A DNA stretch of 62,759 bases, filler included, from Dugesia japonica (Eukaryota), in the NCBI GenBank assembly GCA_001938525.1. It is 5 parts of 5 records of this genome, joined end to end, with 100 filler letters (N's around TTAATTAATTAA, not from the genome) between each part and the next. Parts side by side here need not be neighbours in the genome. Positions count along the whole stretch, not along the records: positions 14,900 to 24,467 come from MQRL01555414.1; positions 24,568 to 36,067 come from MQRL01616609.1; 3 more parts are not named here. One strand, written 5' to 3'. Each line of letters starts with the position of its first letter. Positions within the stretch are counted from its first letter, which is position 1. This document shows, one piece after another, positions 22,390 to 36,167 of the stretch. Below the pieces are notes generated by a model. It searched no databases. It saw nothing but the letters and a program-made list of their open reading frames with translations, and had not been told where the DNA came from. The position numbers and the translations under genes are program-made.

Positions 22390-23811
22390 CAAAAGTCAAT
22401 TGAAGCTAAGGATATGCCTCTTTCAGAACGCTTAATTTTTGTAAGTAGTTTGTGCGTTCTTAATCTCATTCTTCTCATATCAACACTGGCCTCTCAGTTT
22501 CTCACTCACCTTATCATAAATTCTACATCTGTAATAACATCTGACTAATCTTTATTCGTTTTTATCTTGCAAAGTTATGTAAATAGAATCTTTTGTAGTT
22601 CCAGCTTGTCTTTCGATTAGTCCATTACTAGAATGACTGGAGAATTTTAACTCAATTTCATGTTTTTCTGTCAATTTTCTAATCAAATTCGATTTAAATG
22701 GTCTTTTTCAATCACATATATTTGTTTTAAGTGCCCCAAATTTCGAAAACCGCATATTTTTTAATTTATTATTACAGTTTTTTTCAATTTAACCAATTAC
22801 TGATGTTACTGAAATGTTCTTGCTAAATTGATCTATAATACTCAATACCCACGCAAATATTAGAACGGTAGTATAAGAAAGCAAAAAAAATGATTAAAAA
22901 CAATTTCGTATCTAAATGTCAAAATGAATATGATAAAAATATTGTCAAAAGTAGATAGATACGTTTTAGCGATTTCTACCCATGTTATTCTTACTCAGCA
23001 TAAAATCCTCTATTGAATAGATAGGTTCATGATAAAATTTGCAAAACTTAAAATGACCTCCGTCAAATTCTAAACTGATAGGTATAAAAGTTTTTGAAAT
23101 CTGAGCACAAAAATTATTTTGGAAAATTTTTGAGTAATTTTGGCTGTTCATCAGGATCCCCATGAATTAGTTATACTAATTATTATTTATAAAATTGGTT
23201 TTTGTTTATGGTGAAAGTTACGATTTTGGTAATTATTCAGTTAAAAATATTTAATCATTTATCTCTCAATTAAATTAACTGTTTTCAAAATTAAGAAAAT
23301 AGATTAAAAAATGTTTTTTCTAAAAAATTTATTAAGGTTAAAAATTTCAAAATTTTAACTCCCCTCCCCAAATTTTCGATTTTATCTTCTTCAAGAGTAG
23401 TGATTGATTTATTCAATTTATTTAATCACAACTCCCAAATAAGATAAAATCAAAAATTTGAGTTGAAAAACATTAAATTTTTAACCTTAATGAAAATTAA
23501 AAAATTTTTTTTTATCTAAGCCTTGATTTTTTTCTTAATTTTAAAAATATTTAATTTAATTTAAAAAAAAATTAAAGATATTAACAAAATGGACTTTTAT
23601 ACCGGATTTCCATAAAAATTAATTAAAAATTATTAATTTTAGTAAATTTAAACAAAAAATCATTAATTTCACTTTATTTAAAAAAATTAAAATTCCCGGT
23701 TGATTAAATAATAATTTACGTAATTATATTTGTATCGCCCCCACCATGAAAAATTCCTGGATCTGTCACTGATTAAATATAGGTATGTAGTTTATCTGTT
23801 TTTTTTACTAA

Positions 23812-24467
23812 TGTTGGGGTTTCATATGGGTTTTACGTTTTACTTCTACGGTCTGTTTCTGTAGAACCCCACCAAGAATTTAATCTAGCGTCCCTTTGCT
23901 AGATCTTCGGAATAAAACCGATGACTCACAAACCGTAGTTGGAGTGCTTGTCCGCATTTCTTTAGATTCGGGTTTAACAGTTCCCCTTATTACTAAACTT
24001 ATCAAGATAAGAGCATAACAAAATCTTTGGATATATAACATTTATTTATTAATAAAATTGATGCTGAAAGGTTAGCCGAAGATTCTTCATTAAAGCCGCT
24101 TCATCGTCGGCATCATTCCAGTGATTTATCGCCTGCTAGCTATGAATTTCTGAATTGTGTAAGGAATGCCATCTTACGGAAGAGTCGGTTTGCAGTGGCA
24201 TTCGCAAAGGCTATCTGTTTTTTGCAGACGATATATATTTGCTTAATTAGTTGATTTTTTCTTTGCATATGGCACAGGAAAATTTTTTGTCGAGGTTTAT
24301 AATAATGTCTTTCCATGCGCAATCCGCGTAGTAGACAATAGCAATTATGCATTGATCGTGACAGCCACTGATTATACACTAAAAAAAGAAGAAGATTAAC
24401 TGGTGATTCTGCAGGTAAGATGAAAAGTTAATTTCAATGTATAACATTTATTTTAATAACAAAATTT
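23812..24467 (-). mobile_element. Copy C (3' end) of the multi-cassette element
   Basis: End reads ...GAAACCCCAACA on the minus strand (inverse of copy A's TGTTGGGG start); the 3' block CCCC..CAAGAATTT.AATCTA..GTCCCT...TAGAT is shared with copy A; cut by a linker. Confidence 0.7.
24140..24378 (-). pseudogene. Cassette ORF-d homologue, copy C
   Basis: Acceptor TTTTTTAG, then TG TAT; SRSMHNCYCLLRGLRMERHYYK...HMQRKNQLIKQI aligns with ORF-d. Confidence 0.6.
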
Positions 24468-24567
24468 NNNNNNNNNNNNNNNNNNNNNNNNNNNNNNNNN
24501 NNNNNNNNNNNTTAATTAATTAANNNNNNNNNNNNNNNNNNNNNNNNNNNNNNNNNNNNNNNNNNNN
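24468..24567. other. Artificial scaffold linker
   Basis: 44N-TTAATTAATTAA-44N. Confidence 0.95.
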
Positions 24568-25594
24568 TCAATTTTTTTTATAAATAATTTTTGTTCCAAA
24601 TTGATATAAATGAATTCCTCAATTTTTTAAAAACTAATAATTAATTAATTGTGTTCAATTACTATTAAAATGTGGTTTTTTTCATAGCAATATTTCATAG
24701 AGACTCAGAGGCACTGTTGTTCGCTAACGTTAGTAAAATAGTTGTGCTTTTTAGGGTTAAATTGTTTTAAAATTTAAAAAATTATTTTTTAAAAAAAAAA
24801 CCATTGATCTGTCAGTAAATAAACTCGTTTTCAACAACAAATAATTTTTTATTTCAAAACATTATTTATTGGAAGTTTAAAAAGAAAAAAATATTAAATT
24901 AACATAAAAGAAAAAAAATATTAAAATGAATAACTAATTTTTTGCGGAGCTATTGTTTAGATATATTTTTATCAAATGAATAATCAAATAAATTGATTTC
25001 ATTTGGCTTTAAAATCAATCATCAATAATTTCTATCATTAATGTTATTAATAATGGATTTATTTTTATAATTTTAATTGATATACAAATTTTGATTGGGT
25101 TGCCTTGACTAGTCTTGACTGTTTTCACCCACGTACACAATTATTAAAATTAATATTGAAAAATTCCATTTTATTATTAGGAAATATTTTCTGCACAAAC
25201 CAGTGGAATTTCAGTAAACTGTTGATAGAGATAATGAATTATTTTCATAAGATAACTTTTTCTTCAATGACAGCTAATATTAACTATGATAAAGTCAGAT
25301 TATAATTGGCATTGATGGCACTGTAAAGTTTATGAATTCCAATCAATAAAGAAATCTATCTATTAAGTTAAATTAAATTTTATTTTTTTATCACTTCCTG
25401 TATATCAAATACTAATTTGATCAACGAAGTAATTCGATCTAAAATAATACTTGATTTGTTTGAGAGTGTAAAATTTGCAAACATTTCATTTGATAAAATG
25501 ACTTGATAAAATATTTTTACTTTTTTTTATCGCAAATATTTCGATATTGTATTAGTTAAACTAAAATTACTTTATAATCAATTAATCTAAAATT

Positions 25595-25802
25595 CAGCGG
25601 CGTAGCGAGGGAGGAAGGGATTCAATAATGTCCCGGGCTCCACTTGCAGAGTGGTACCAAATGGTTTCCTAAAAGATTTGCTGAATTCACAAAAAAAATT
25701 TTTAAAATTAATTACTGCTGTTTTTCTGGTTTTCGGGGTGTGGGTGAGTTTGCGCCTAAAAGCTGTTGTGCCCGGGTGCCAGCTATGCTCGCTACGCTAC
25801 TG
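25595..25802. mobile_element. hAT-type MITE
   Basis: TIR CAGCGGCGTAGCGAG / CTCGCTACGCTACTG; 8-bp TSD CTAAAATT/CTAAAATC. Confidence 0.85.
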
Positions 25803-26558
25803 CTAAAATCCATTTTTATTATTTTAAAGAGGAAAGTTTAAATTTGACGGAAAATCTCTTAAAGAAAAAATTTACGATATTGAAAAATAATTTAGTAATA
25901 GTTTTACATTTTAACAATTAAATCTTCATCTCCATAAATCTAATTAACTATAATTTATTTGAAATTCTACACTAAATATTGATCTTATTATTATATAATT
26001 CAAAATATTTTTTCCAATAATTTTAAAGTGATTATTTATCAATTTTAATTTTACAATTAAAATATAATTTTCGTAATTGATCTGTGTAACTATACTTTTA
26101 TGCTACTAACAATTGTCAGTAGATAATTTATTTAAAATCTAATTTATTAATTACAGAGATAATTTACGAAAATTATATAATTATACTAAGATTTATTTTA
26201 CTTCGGAAATTTATGATAGATTACTGAACTAGTTTTAAATATTAAGCAATTTTCTTATTATTTTCTGTTTTTTCATAAATATCTAAATATGACAGCTCTT
26301 TTACATAGATTAAAAACTTATGTTTGATAGTCACTATTAGCAAGAAAAACGCTATCCTCATCTAACATTTATTTAAGAAAAAGTTGCTATTAAATAAAAA
26401 ACTAATTAGAAAAGTTTTAATATTCAAGCAAATATGAGCAACAATTATTTTAATTATTTTCTTGAAATATTTTAAATTTCAAAGATTTTATAAATATTTT
26501 AATTGCGTATATAAATTTGAAATTAAAAAATTTAAATATCATTCTCACAGTCACAATA

Positions 26559-27758
26559 CGAGGGTGAGTCAAAAAATAATAGGATAAATAATGTATGAAC
26601 CTTCTTCATCAAGACACTTGTATCCGATGATTCCACTTTTTTAGACCATCTCTGAAAAAACAGGATCCTTAGATTTGAACCAATTCAGAACTACTTTGGT
26701 GTCATAATTTATAGATTTCCATCTTATTCCTTTGATGNNNNNNNNNNNNNNNNNNNNNNNNNNNNNNNNNNNNNNNNNNNNNNNNNNNNNNNNNNNNNNN
26801 NNNNNNNNNNNNNNNNNNNNNNNNNNNNNNNNNNNNNNNNNNNNNNNNNNNNNNNNNNNNNNNNNNNNNNNNNNNNNNNNNNNNNNNNNNNNNNNTGAGT
26901 TTTTCAGGGTGTTTTTCCGGATTGCAGCCTTCAATTTTTCCAACACTGTTACATAATAAGTTGACGTGACTGCCTTTTTTTCTTTCAAAAAGCCAACGAG
27001 GATAACTCTTCCAGTCTCACAGAAAACCATGGCCATAACTTTCTTGACTGACCTCTTGGATTTGAATTTAACGGGTTCTGCATTCCCCTTTAGTAACCAC
27101 TGCTTTGATTGTAATTTTGATTCAGGATTTTATTAATAGATCCATGCCTTATCTCCAGTTGTGATTCTATGAAAAAGATTTTGTGTATCCATTTGAATTC
27201 TGGTAAAAAATGACATGACCGTGCTAAAAGCTTTGTAGTCCAAAATGATCATTAGATATAGCATGAACTACTCCATGAGAAATCTCCAAATTCCTAGCTA
27301 TCTTATTAATAGTAATTCGCCTATTCTGGTCCAACAATAACTGAACTTTGGATATTATTTCAATATTGGTCGATGTTGACGTGCGTTCTGGGCGTTGGTT
27401 ATTGTTGAGCTCCTCTGGGTCTTCTTTGAAACGCTTAATCTACTCATAAATTAAACTCAGATTTGAAGAATCATTCATATAAACTTTTTGCAATGCATCA
27501 ATAATTTATGCGCTACTTCATTCAAGTTTAACCAAGAATTTGATGTTCGCACGAATTTGAACACGCAAATTTTCCATAATCTAAAAAAGTAGGCTTTGTA
27601 AAATACTAGGTTCCATACAAATATTACGAGAATCATCTCGAAATTTTATAGACAAAATGTTGACATATTATAATTTCAGAAAAATTACAAGCTTTTATAA
27701 TTAAATTGCTACCCACAGAATAACTAATACATTCCTCTTATTTTTTGACTCACCCTCA
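26559..27758 (-). mobile_element. Mariner element with both TIRs and a disrupted transposase
   Basis: TIRs (C/T)GAGGGTGAGTCAAAAAATAA flanked by TA; ATG at 27577; QIRANIKFLVKL, ITTGDKAWIY, KKVMAMVFCETGRVILVGFL. Confidence 0.92.
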
Positions 27759-28887
27759 TATTGATCTTTGTTTGTTATTTCAATAATCAAAAAATAATGC
27801 CAACTGTTTAATAAATAATATCAAACGACATTTTCAAATATATTTTACTACAACATACATCACCTAATATTGAAATTAAATTTATAACTTAATCAAAACG
27901 GTGTTTTGGGTTTATTTCGAAATATAAATAGTATTTTGTTGACCCGAGAAACAACTTTCAATTTAATTTCATCTTTTACAACATGCTAACGAATTTTAGA
28001 AAATTTTTAACCCATTGTCATAAACTAATAAAGTACACACAATGTTCACTTGCTGCACCGAGCTCAAATGTAAATACTAAGACGTTGCATTTATAATCTA
28101 CGATGGTAGCGAGTATGTTAAAGATTATTTAGCATTTTCAGAACAGTGATAAATTAATACTCAAAGTAATATTGTATATTAGCACAATTAAAAGGAAATA
28201 GTATAAAGTCATAAGTTATCAGCGATAAATGAGAATAATAAATTAAAGTTAAAATTACGAATAGGTCTGAGTATCATCCGGTGAAGTAATATATAATACA
28301 ATAGTAAAAATAAAAACGATAAATCAAATTAATTTAATTATGTGACAGCTTAATTACAATGAAAAATTTTTTAAAAATTGGAACATCCACAATTTTTCAT
28401 ATTTAAATAATAGTACATGAAATTATGGCAAATCCTATCGTAATGAATATTATCACAAAAATTTACAATTTTTTAATGTACTTTTTTCATAATGTCTTCG
28501 TTTTTAATACGAGAAATGAAAATTTTATAAGACAAGTGCTTTTTGATTGCATTTTCTTCGTTGATTCTCATATATTGATAATATTTGCGCGAGAAATTTA
28601 TTTTAGGAGAGATTTTATTATTAATTATATGGTTGTTTATATATTCCTTACTGTTGATTCTTGTTTCACTTATAATGAAAAAAAGTACTTCAAAATTCTT
28701 ACCCACAATTTCATAATAAATATTAATTTATAAATATTACATTTATTATATATTTTATCCCACTTAAATGCAACATTAAATCATGATAAAGTCATAAATA
28801 TTGTAATATTCGTTATTTGGAATAATTATTACTGTTATATTTAATTATTTAATAATTAATTAATAAATAAAATACATTTGTTTAAAC

Positions 28888-29246
28888 CAGGGGTGTCAAA
28901 CTCGCTGCCCGCGAGCCGCATGTGGCCCTCAACGAACATTTTTGCGGCCCAGCCAATATATCGACACACAATAATATATAATAAAATAATAAACCGACGC
29001 AGAATAATAATAAGATAGGTAGAATATAATACAAAATTTCTCCCGAAATAGGAAAGATGCTAGCAAAGAAGAGATGTCAAATGTCACGACGTAACCATTA
29101 AATTTTTCTTGTTCTTTTATATATGTTTATTATAATGTATTTTTCGAAATAAACCTGCTTTTCTATGAATATTGATTGTTTGCGGCCCACCTAAAGTTAA
29201 ACCTAGTTTGTTTGGCCCAAGTTAGCCTTTGAGTTTGACACTCATG
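28888..29246 (+). mobile_element. Non-autonomous hAT (Buster/Charlie/SPIN-like) deletion derivative
   Basis: TIR CAGGGGTGTCAAACTC / GAGTTTGACACTCATG; perfect 8-bp TSD GTTTAAAC; GCGGCCC subterminal motifs; residual transposase tail LAKKRCQMS. Confidence 0.9.
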
Positions 29247-29330
29247 GTTTAAACTATTTCATTACAAATGTAAATTGTTTTATTGAAATTTGTTATTTTA
29301 TTACAGGGTGCATTCAATTGTGCAGATTAA

Positions 29331-29657
29331 TTAGATTAAATCTCCAAATACATAAAGAGTTTGACCTTGTCGTTTCAAAGCATACATTATAGCCGTCGAA
29401 GTTAAAGATTTCTATTTAACGTGTTTGGTGTATGTAACTGCATCTTTAATTACATTTTCAAGGAAAACTTTTAAAGCATCTCGAGTTTCTTCGTAAATTA
29501 CATCGAAAAGTCTTTTAACTCGCTTCTATGAGCTAATTTCATGATTTCTGGTTTAGTAATACCTTGAATGTTATCTCTCAACACTTTTCTGTGCCGTTTA
29601 GCTCTTTCTTTTCCTAATCTTTTTTCATTTTTTTCCAAAGTTTGCGTAACCACTCAT
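29331..29657 (-). pseudogene. H4: Histone H4 pseudogene
   Basis: MSG...[29 protein letters not shown] / [39 protein letters not shown]...YALKRQGQTLYVFG; two frameshifts and a stop. Confidence 0.92.
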
Positions 29658-30857
29658 TTTCATTTGAATTTATAAATAAAATAAAATAAATTTAAAATAA
29701 AGATATAAAAATAATACAATTACTTTTGTTTACGAAAGTCACTGAAATCATTCTCAGAATCACTATTATCATTAACAGAGTCAACAAGAACTTAGTAAAT
29801 TTTTTATTTTTATAATTATATTTATAGATATCATGTTAAATTAATTATGTAAAATAATTGTTACTAATTATATGATTGATAAAAATGTTTACAAAGAATN
29901 ATTAATTATCAGTAGAAATGATCTTGAAATATAAGAATTACAATGTTTATAAATCTAAAGTAAGAAAAAGTATTCTGATTTATCAAGTTACATTTTTTTT
30001 TTACAAAAAATAGTAAATAAATTTTTTAAAAAGTTAAGAATAATTGTTGGATTAATATTTAGTAATTAAAATTTATATTGAAAGTTTTATACATGAAATA
30101 AATTACAAATTTTTTAGTAGTTAAGAATAATTATCAAAATTCCATTCTGCAATATAGTTAACCATTTAAAAATTTGTTTTAATGTAGCAATAAAAAATTC
30201 AATTTGATAACAATTTTATTTTTTATATATGGAAAATATTAAATCTATTTTGTTAACCATATGGAAAAATATTTATTTACTATAATTTGTTTATTTTATC
30301 TTTTTCATTTTAAGTTATGACAGAAAGCAATTTTTTTATCAATATTCTGTAATCTGTTCACTTGGAAAATTAAAAAATCTATTTTATAAATAAAGTTTTC
30401 TATTTCTATTTTGAAATTTTTATTTCATTCTTTTACAATTATGTGCTCATACTTTTACTATTTCACATTTTATTATCACATCTCGATAGTNNNNNNNNNN
30501 NNNNNNNNNNNNNNNNNNNNNNNNNNNNNNNNNNNNNNNNNNNNNNNNNNNNNNNNNNNNNNNNNNNNNNNNNNNNNNNNNNNNNNNNNNNNNNNNNNNN
30601 NNNNNNNNNNNNNNNNNNNNNNNNNNNNNNNNNNNNNNNNNNNNNNNNNNNNNNNNNNNNNNNNNNNNNNNNNNNNNNNNNNNNNNNNNNNNNNNNNNNN
30701 NNNNNNNNNNNNNNNNNNNNNNNNNNNNNNNNNNNNNNNNNNNNNNNNNNNNNNNNNNNNNNNNNNNNNNNNNNNNNNNNNNNNNNNNNNTTAAAATAAA
30801 AGCTTCGATCAAAGGTTTGGTTTTTTGATTGATATTTGATAACATAATTGAAAAAGT

Positions 30858-30894
30858 CGATTCCTGAAGAAGACAAGGTCGAAATATCGAATTG
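30858..30894 (+). ncRNA. Minimal type I hammerhead ribozyme inside a foldback repeat (30799-30940)
   Basis: CGATTC-CTGAAGA-A-GAC(AAG)GTC-GAAA-TATC-GAATTG; enclosed by inverted arms AAAGCTTCGATCAAA / TTTGATCGAAGCTTT. Confidence 0.8.
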
Positions 30895-31146
30895 TTATCC
30901 AATATCAATAAAAAAAACAAAAATTTTGATCGAAGCTTTATTATTAAATGAATTCTATAAAACGATCNATGGTTATGTCCAACAATTATTCTCGCAATAA
31001 TTGCAATTGTAAAACTATTATTATTATTAGTAATATTAACATGCTGGTCTTAAATTAAATTACAATTGTTTGGATAAAAATATTTATTTTATAATTTATA
31101 AGTTTAACAATATTTTGAATGCGCATTAAATTTTAAATTTTTCCAG

Positions 31147-33636
31147 CTATTCAAGTTTCATCCATAAATAGACGAGATTCCAAAACGCCAGAAAAGAATA
31201 CAGTAAGATTTAATTAATTAACATATTGGGCTCATTAATCTGAATGTTATCATAATGAATTCAGCTAAAATTAATAACGGTTATATAAATATTGAATCAG
31301 TTTTCTATTGTTGACAAATTTAATTATCCATCTGAAATTTGATTTAATAAAATATTAGGAAAGATTTGCAATGAAAACAAATAAAAATAAAAGTGCATTT
31401 TATAAAACGTTTAATTAATTTTTTGAACTGTTATGAATCATCGTTCGTGTATTTCTCGTGAGATGATGAATCATTGCCCGCTTGCACAGATATTAAAACC
31501 GTTGTAAAATAGCAAATGAGCTCAGCGCACAAATGTCAAGATGTCCGTTTAATCACTACTACTAATCAATCTCTGAAAACTGGTTTCATTGAAAAAACAG
31601 ACAGCACTTTTTAGACATTTAAACAAAATTCTGGTATCATTTTTTTTCACGAAACGATACCTGGATAAAGTCTATTTTATCATAAATTAACCGATAATTT
31701 ATCTGTGAATTAATAAACAGTAGATTTATAGAATCAGGTATCTTCAGCTTATATGAAATTGAACGCGTAAATTAGTTTATTGATTAAATTAATGATTTAT
31801 TTACAATTCAAATCAGCTAGTTGAATAATGAATGATCGAAAATTAATAAATTGATTTTATCAGTTACTAGACAAGAAATGTTTGTTTCAGATGTTTTATA
31901 AATTTTAAGTTAAATATTTATTTAATTACTTTTATTATAATTATTATTATAATAATTATTATTAGAATTTTACTGTTTTCATTATTTAGCTGGCATCAAT
32001 ATATAAGTTAGTATAAAAGAAAAATACGTGCAACTTAACCATCTTTTTTATACTGACTTCTAGCATTGTTTAACAGATTCAAATCACAGATTTTTTCCAG
32101 TAACCCAACTATTATATGATAGGAAGGAAACCTGTATTGAAATTCATTAAACATCTGCTACATATTATGAATATGAATTTTATTCATTTTTTATTGTTTG
32201 TCGATATTTAACAGAAAGCAATAAAATCCAATGTACCTAATAAATTTTAATCCTTTCAATACCGTAAAAAATTTCCAGAAACCTGGGAAATTATGTGAAA
32301 TTTTAAAAAAAATTCACAAGTGAGTAAGCAATATTTCCGCCGAATAATTGTTAAAAATTTTCACAAATAGATTTCTTTGTTTATAGTAACTACAACTCTG
32401 AAAGATGATCACAAATGCTCCAAGAAATTTCAAAATAATAAATAATAACCTCAAAACTCCAAATATTATAAATTTTACAACTGTAGCATAGATGTAAAAT
32501 AAAATGAAACATTAGACAGTAGCGACCACACATTTTACAATGTCAGTGCTCCTATAATAATAACTTTAGTCCACATTATAATATAATACTCAGGTTGATG
32601 ATGTTTTCTATTCGCAACAAATAATAAAACAGTTTTATAATTGTTGTTTATTTTCGGTTATTTGGTGNCCCTTAATTTTGCGCTTAAATGTTTTTCAAGT
32701 TTTTACGTGCTGGATATATCCGACACATTTTGGGATTGAAAGGGTTAATGCATTATTGAGTAATTTTTGTAATTTTTATTTTATTATTCTTATAATATAA
32801 GAATGCTTTTGTAATTCCTTTGTATTGCCTTTGATATTGTAATACGGTTTCAGCTTATAACTTGGGAATAATAAAAAGAATTAAAATTAATAATTTTTTT
32901 AATTTATTATAAATTTCTTAATTTTAGGTTGACCATTCGTCCCGTATTAATATATATCCCGGAGAATGTCCCGAATTAGATAGTTCATCATATCATGTGA
33001 ATATTCTAATATTCGATTATAAATTTTTGTTTTAAAATAACACTNTAAAATATTTTTTTCAAAAAAAATTTCCACGCGCACGTATTTACGTGTGCTTCGC
33101 ACGCAATGGACGTTTTCTGTCCCTGCATTACGTTACGATAAAAATGGCCACCTTGCTTAATTTATAATTTTAATTCATGCATAAAAATTTCTAAAAAATT
33201 AAAAGCATTAATTTTATATATTGGTATTAAAATTATGATGGAATTATTTTTAAGAATTTCTGTGATTTTTCAGAAATCGATTCGTTCGAAAATAATGCAA
33301 AATGGACAAGGGACAGATATTGAAGAAATAGCCTCCAAACTTTCAAACATTCCTACTTCATATTCTCAAAAGTCATCAGTTCATGGTAAATCTCTTCCTG
33401 GTAAAGTCAAAAGACGTTCATCTTTACAATTACCACGACGACCAGATCTCACAATTACTCCAAAAATCAGAGGATCTAAAATTCCTATTTTATGTTACAA
33501 AAATCTTAAATCTATTAGAGAACTTCCTATATCTAAATTTAAAACGAACTTTGAAGATATTACTGAAACAAGCTCAGCTCCATGCTCAAGACAGCAATCA
33601 CCAACATTAAAAAAACGAAGTTTACCTAAAAAGTAA
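31147..33636 (+). CDS. 3' exons of an unknown host gene (Ser/Lys-rich, probably disordered C-terminus)
   Basis: Candidate exon 31147-31202 (CAG|...|GTAAG) joins in phase to terminal exon 33274-33636 (acceptor TTTTTCAG, 120 codons open to TAA; AATAAA at ~33673). Upstream exons not identified. Confidence 0.5.
32251..32744. mobile_element. piggyBac-type MITE
   Basis: TTAA on both sides; TIR TCCTTTCAATACC / GGGATTGAAAGGG. Confidence 0.8.
32925..33155. mobile_element. hAT (Tip100-like) MITE
   Basis: TIR TAGGTTGACCATT / AATGGCCACCTTG; perfect 8-bp TSD CTTAATTT; TCCCG subterminal motifs. Confidence 0.85.
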
Positions 33637-33986
33637 TTATATCATTCAGAGAGATCATTTTTTCATTTTTTTAATAAAGTGACACTGTGATAAGATTCCT
33701 TTTCATTTCTCACCGTTTACTGATGGCTGGACTCATCATTAAATTGGTTCAAAGTTTTGTTTAAATATTATTATTATTATTAAAAATGATTTAGAATAAA
33801 TTGATTTCTATTTCTTATTTAAAGAATATTTCACGCATTGTTCATTGTACAAAATATTTATTAATTTTACTAAGAATTTTGTAGAAATTTTATTAAATAG
33901 TTTATTTTAACTGTAATTTATATATTTAATATATTATTTTAGTTTTATTTTAAATGGTCTTATTTATTTTAAGTTACTATTTTTAA

Positions 33987-34236
33987 TACGTTAACTGCCG
34001 CACGAGACATTTGTAAAGTTGTTGTGGAGCCACACTACTTTTTATGTTTTATTTATTTATCATTTAGATAAATAAATGATCTGGATAACACGTTAAATGA
34101 ATCCAATTGTCTCTAAGGCTTTTATTGTTTGAAAGTTTATGTTTTAACAATTAGCTGTGAAACGTTTAAGAATCATGTGGTTATACTAGTTATATGNATA
34201 TGAGTATTTTAATTACCTCGTATGGCAGTCAATGTG
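33987..34236. mobile_element. piggyBac-type MITE
   Basis: TTAA flanks; TIR TACGTTAACTGCCGCACGAG / CTCGTATGGCAGTCAATGTG. Confidence 0.75.
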
Positions 34237-36067
34237 TTAATACTTTATTTAGTTTCATTATATTTTAATTTATAAATTTAGTCATTTTTTTTCGCTTTTT
34301 GATAGTGCAAGAATTTCATGATGCCATATTGCAGTCTATTTTCTGCAACCTTATTTACGCCAAAAACGCCTATTGTGACTCGAATTTAGTATCGCAATAC
34401 TGAGTGAATGCATTAATGGCTGTAGTTAAATTAGCGTGCACAAAGGTTAAAGAAAATAAGTTGGCTTTGATTGGTCAATGGATTATTAATTAATAATTCT
34501 GATTAAATTGGGAGATTTTGTAATTTTTTGATTTTTTAAAATTTAATTTGGCGCTAATAGAGTTAAATGGATTAGATATTACATTTTTAAAGACTTCTTT
34601 CTCGCTTTTATTTACATATAACTGCATAGTTTATTGTATAATTTATAAAATTCTTCCATATTAGATGTCATTTAATTATTTCTGTTTCACATAGATATGA
34701 AATGTAGTCGAATTCTTTCCTTGTTATTCCAACGATAAAGGTATTAAAATTACACTACAAATTGGTTTTCAATTATTTTTTTGTGTCGAATATTTCTTGG
34801 TATTTATCAATAATTTTTAATCAGTTTCTTTGAATCTCATTGCGGAGTCAAAAAGAATTTTTTATTGATCAGTGAAGTTCAATTTCGGTTATAATTCTCA
34901 TTTCAGGTTTTATAAGTTAGAGTCATCCTAAAGAGTTAGATTCTCTCGATGATTTCAAATATACCTTCTTTATGTTTTATGTTTTCATATAATATACTAA
35001 AAATTGAAAAAAGTCTTGAAATAATCAATTTCTTAAAGTTTTGGTAGTCATATAAAGCATGTGATGTCGTCTCTATTTCATTTGGTTCACCATGATAAAA
35101 CTTTATCTAACAATAATCAAACATTTCTATAATCTTAAAAATAAGTCAAATTTAACTGATGTAAGCTAATTTATTTATCAAATTATAATAATATTAATAA
35201 TCAAATTATATTAACAATAAAATACCCGACCAAATCTTCGTCATCATCATAAATAAAAACTTTCTCATGCCACCCATAAATAATTTGAAACTAAGGGAAA
35301 AGACATTTAAAATCTATAATCATAACGCTTCTTCAAAACAGGGTAGGAGACTTCATTGTCTCAGAATTAATATCTCTTTTATAATTGTGTAGCAATAATT
35401 TTTAACATTTAATCATATATTTTCGAGTGGACTTGTGGCCGGAGACATGTAGGCCATTATATGATTTACATGAAAATTAGCACAATTAGCAAAGGAAAAT
35501 TCTTCTTTTTACAATATCCATTGATCCACGAATGACTCTACGTCTAATTCAATTCGATTAAAAGAACTTCACACAATAATTGTTGAAATAATAATGACTA
35601 CTATGTGTCGATAATTCAATTCAATTCAAAATTTTTGAATAACTAAAATAATAGTTGAAAAATGGTAAAGGCTGACTCTTTAACAATAATATCTTCAAAA
35701 ATTAGTGAGATTATAGTTAGGGAGAGTCTGATTTTCTAGGAACTATTGTTGCTTTTAAATCAGTGTGTTTGTTTGCCTCTACCATAACTTAATTACTTTG
35801 GAAAAACCAGAAGTTATTCAGCCATGGACTTTTCAGATTTTTTCTGCTAATCTCACTGGTTACCTGGGCAACTCATTCTAAAATCATCCGGCTCCGATTT
35901 TACACGATTTACGTCCATCAATCCAGCCGGTGATTACTTAATAACTTTCTTACTAAGTTTTCTAAGAGTCTTATGACTCATGTAAATAACAATAATTTAT
36001 TTTATAAATAATGAAATTTTAATTAATTAATTTTCTACAATAATAATAATTTTAAATAATATTTATA

Positions 36068-36167
36068 NNNNNNNNNNNNNNNNNNNNNNNNNNNNNNNNN
36101 NNNNNNNNNNNTTAATTAATTAANNNNNNNNNNNNNNNNNNNNNNNNNNNNNNNNNNNNNNNNNNNN
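36068..36167. other. Artificial scaffold linker
   Basis: 44N-TTAATTAATTAA-44N. Confidence 0.95.

Noticed and set aside
23230-23560. AT-rich inverted repeat
   Set aside because: Probably an old MITE remnant; ends and TSD could not be defined.
28425-28733. Overlapping 102-aa and 77-aa ORFs
   Set aside because: F/I/N/K-rich low-complexity translation of AT-rich DNA with no motifs or splice support.
8291-30920. ORF-track entries containing long X runs
   Set aside because: They are open only because they cross N gaps.
34690-35700. Possible decayed Penelope RT on the minus strand
   Set aside because: Coding-like composition, but no motif could be read with confidence.
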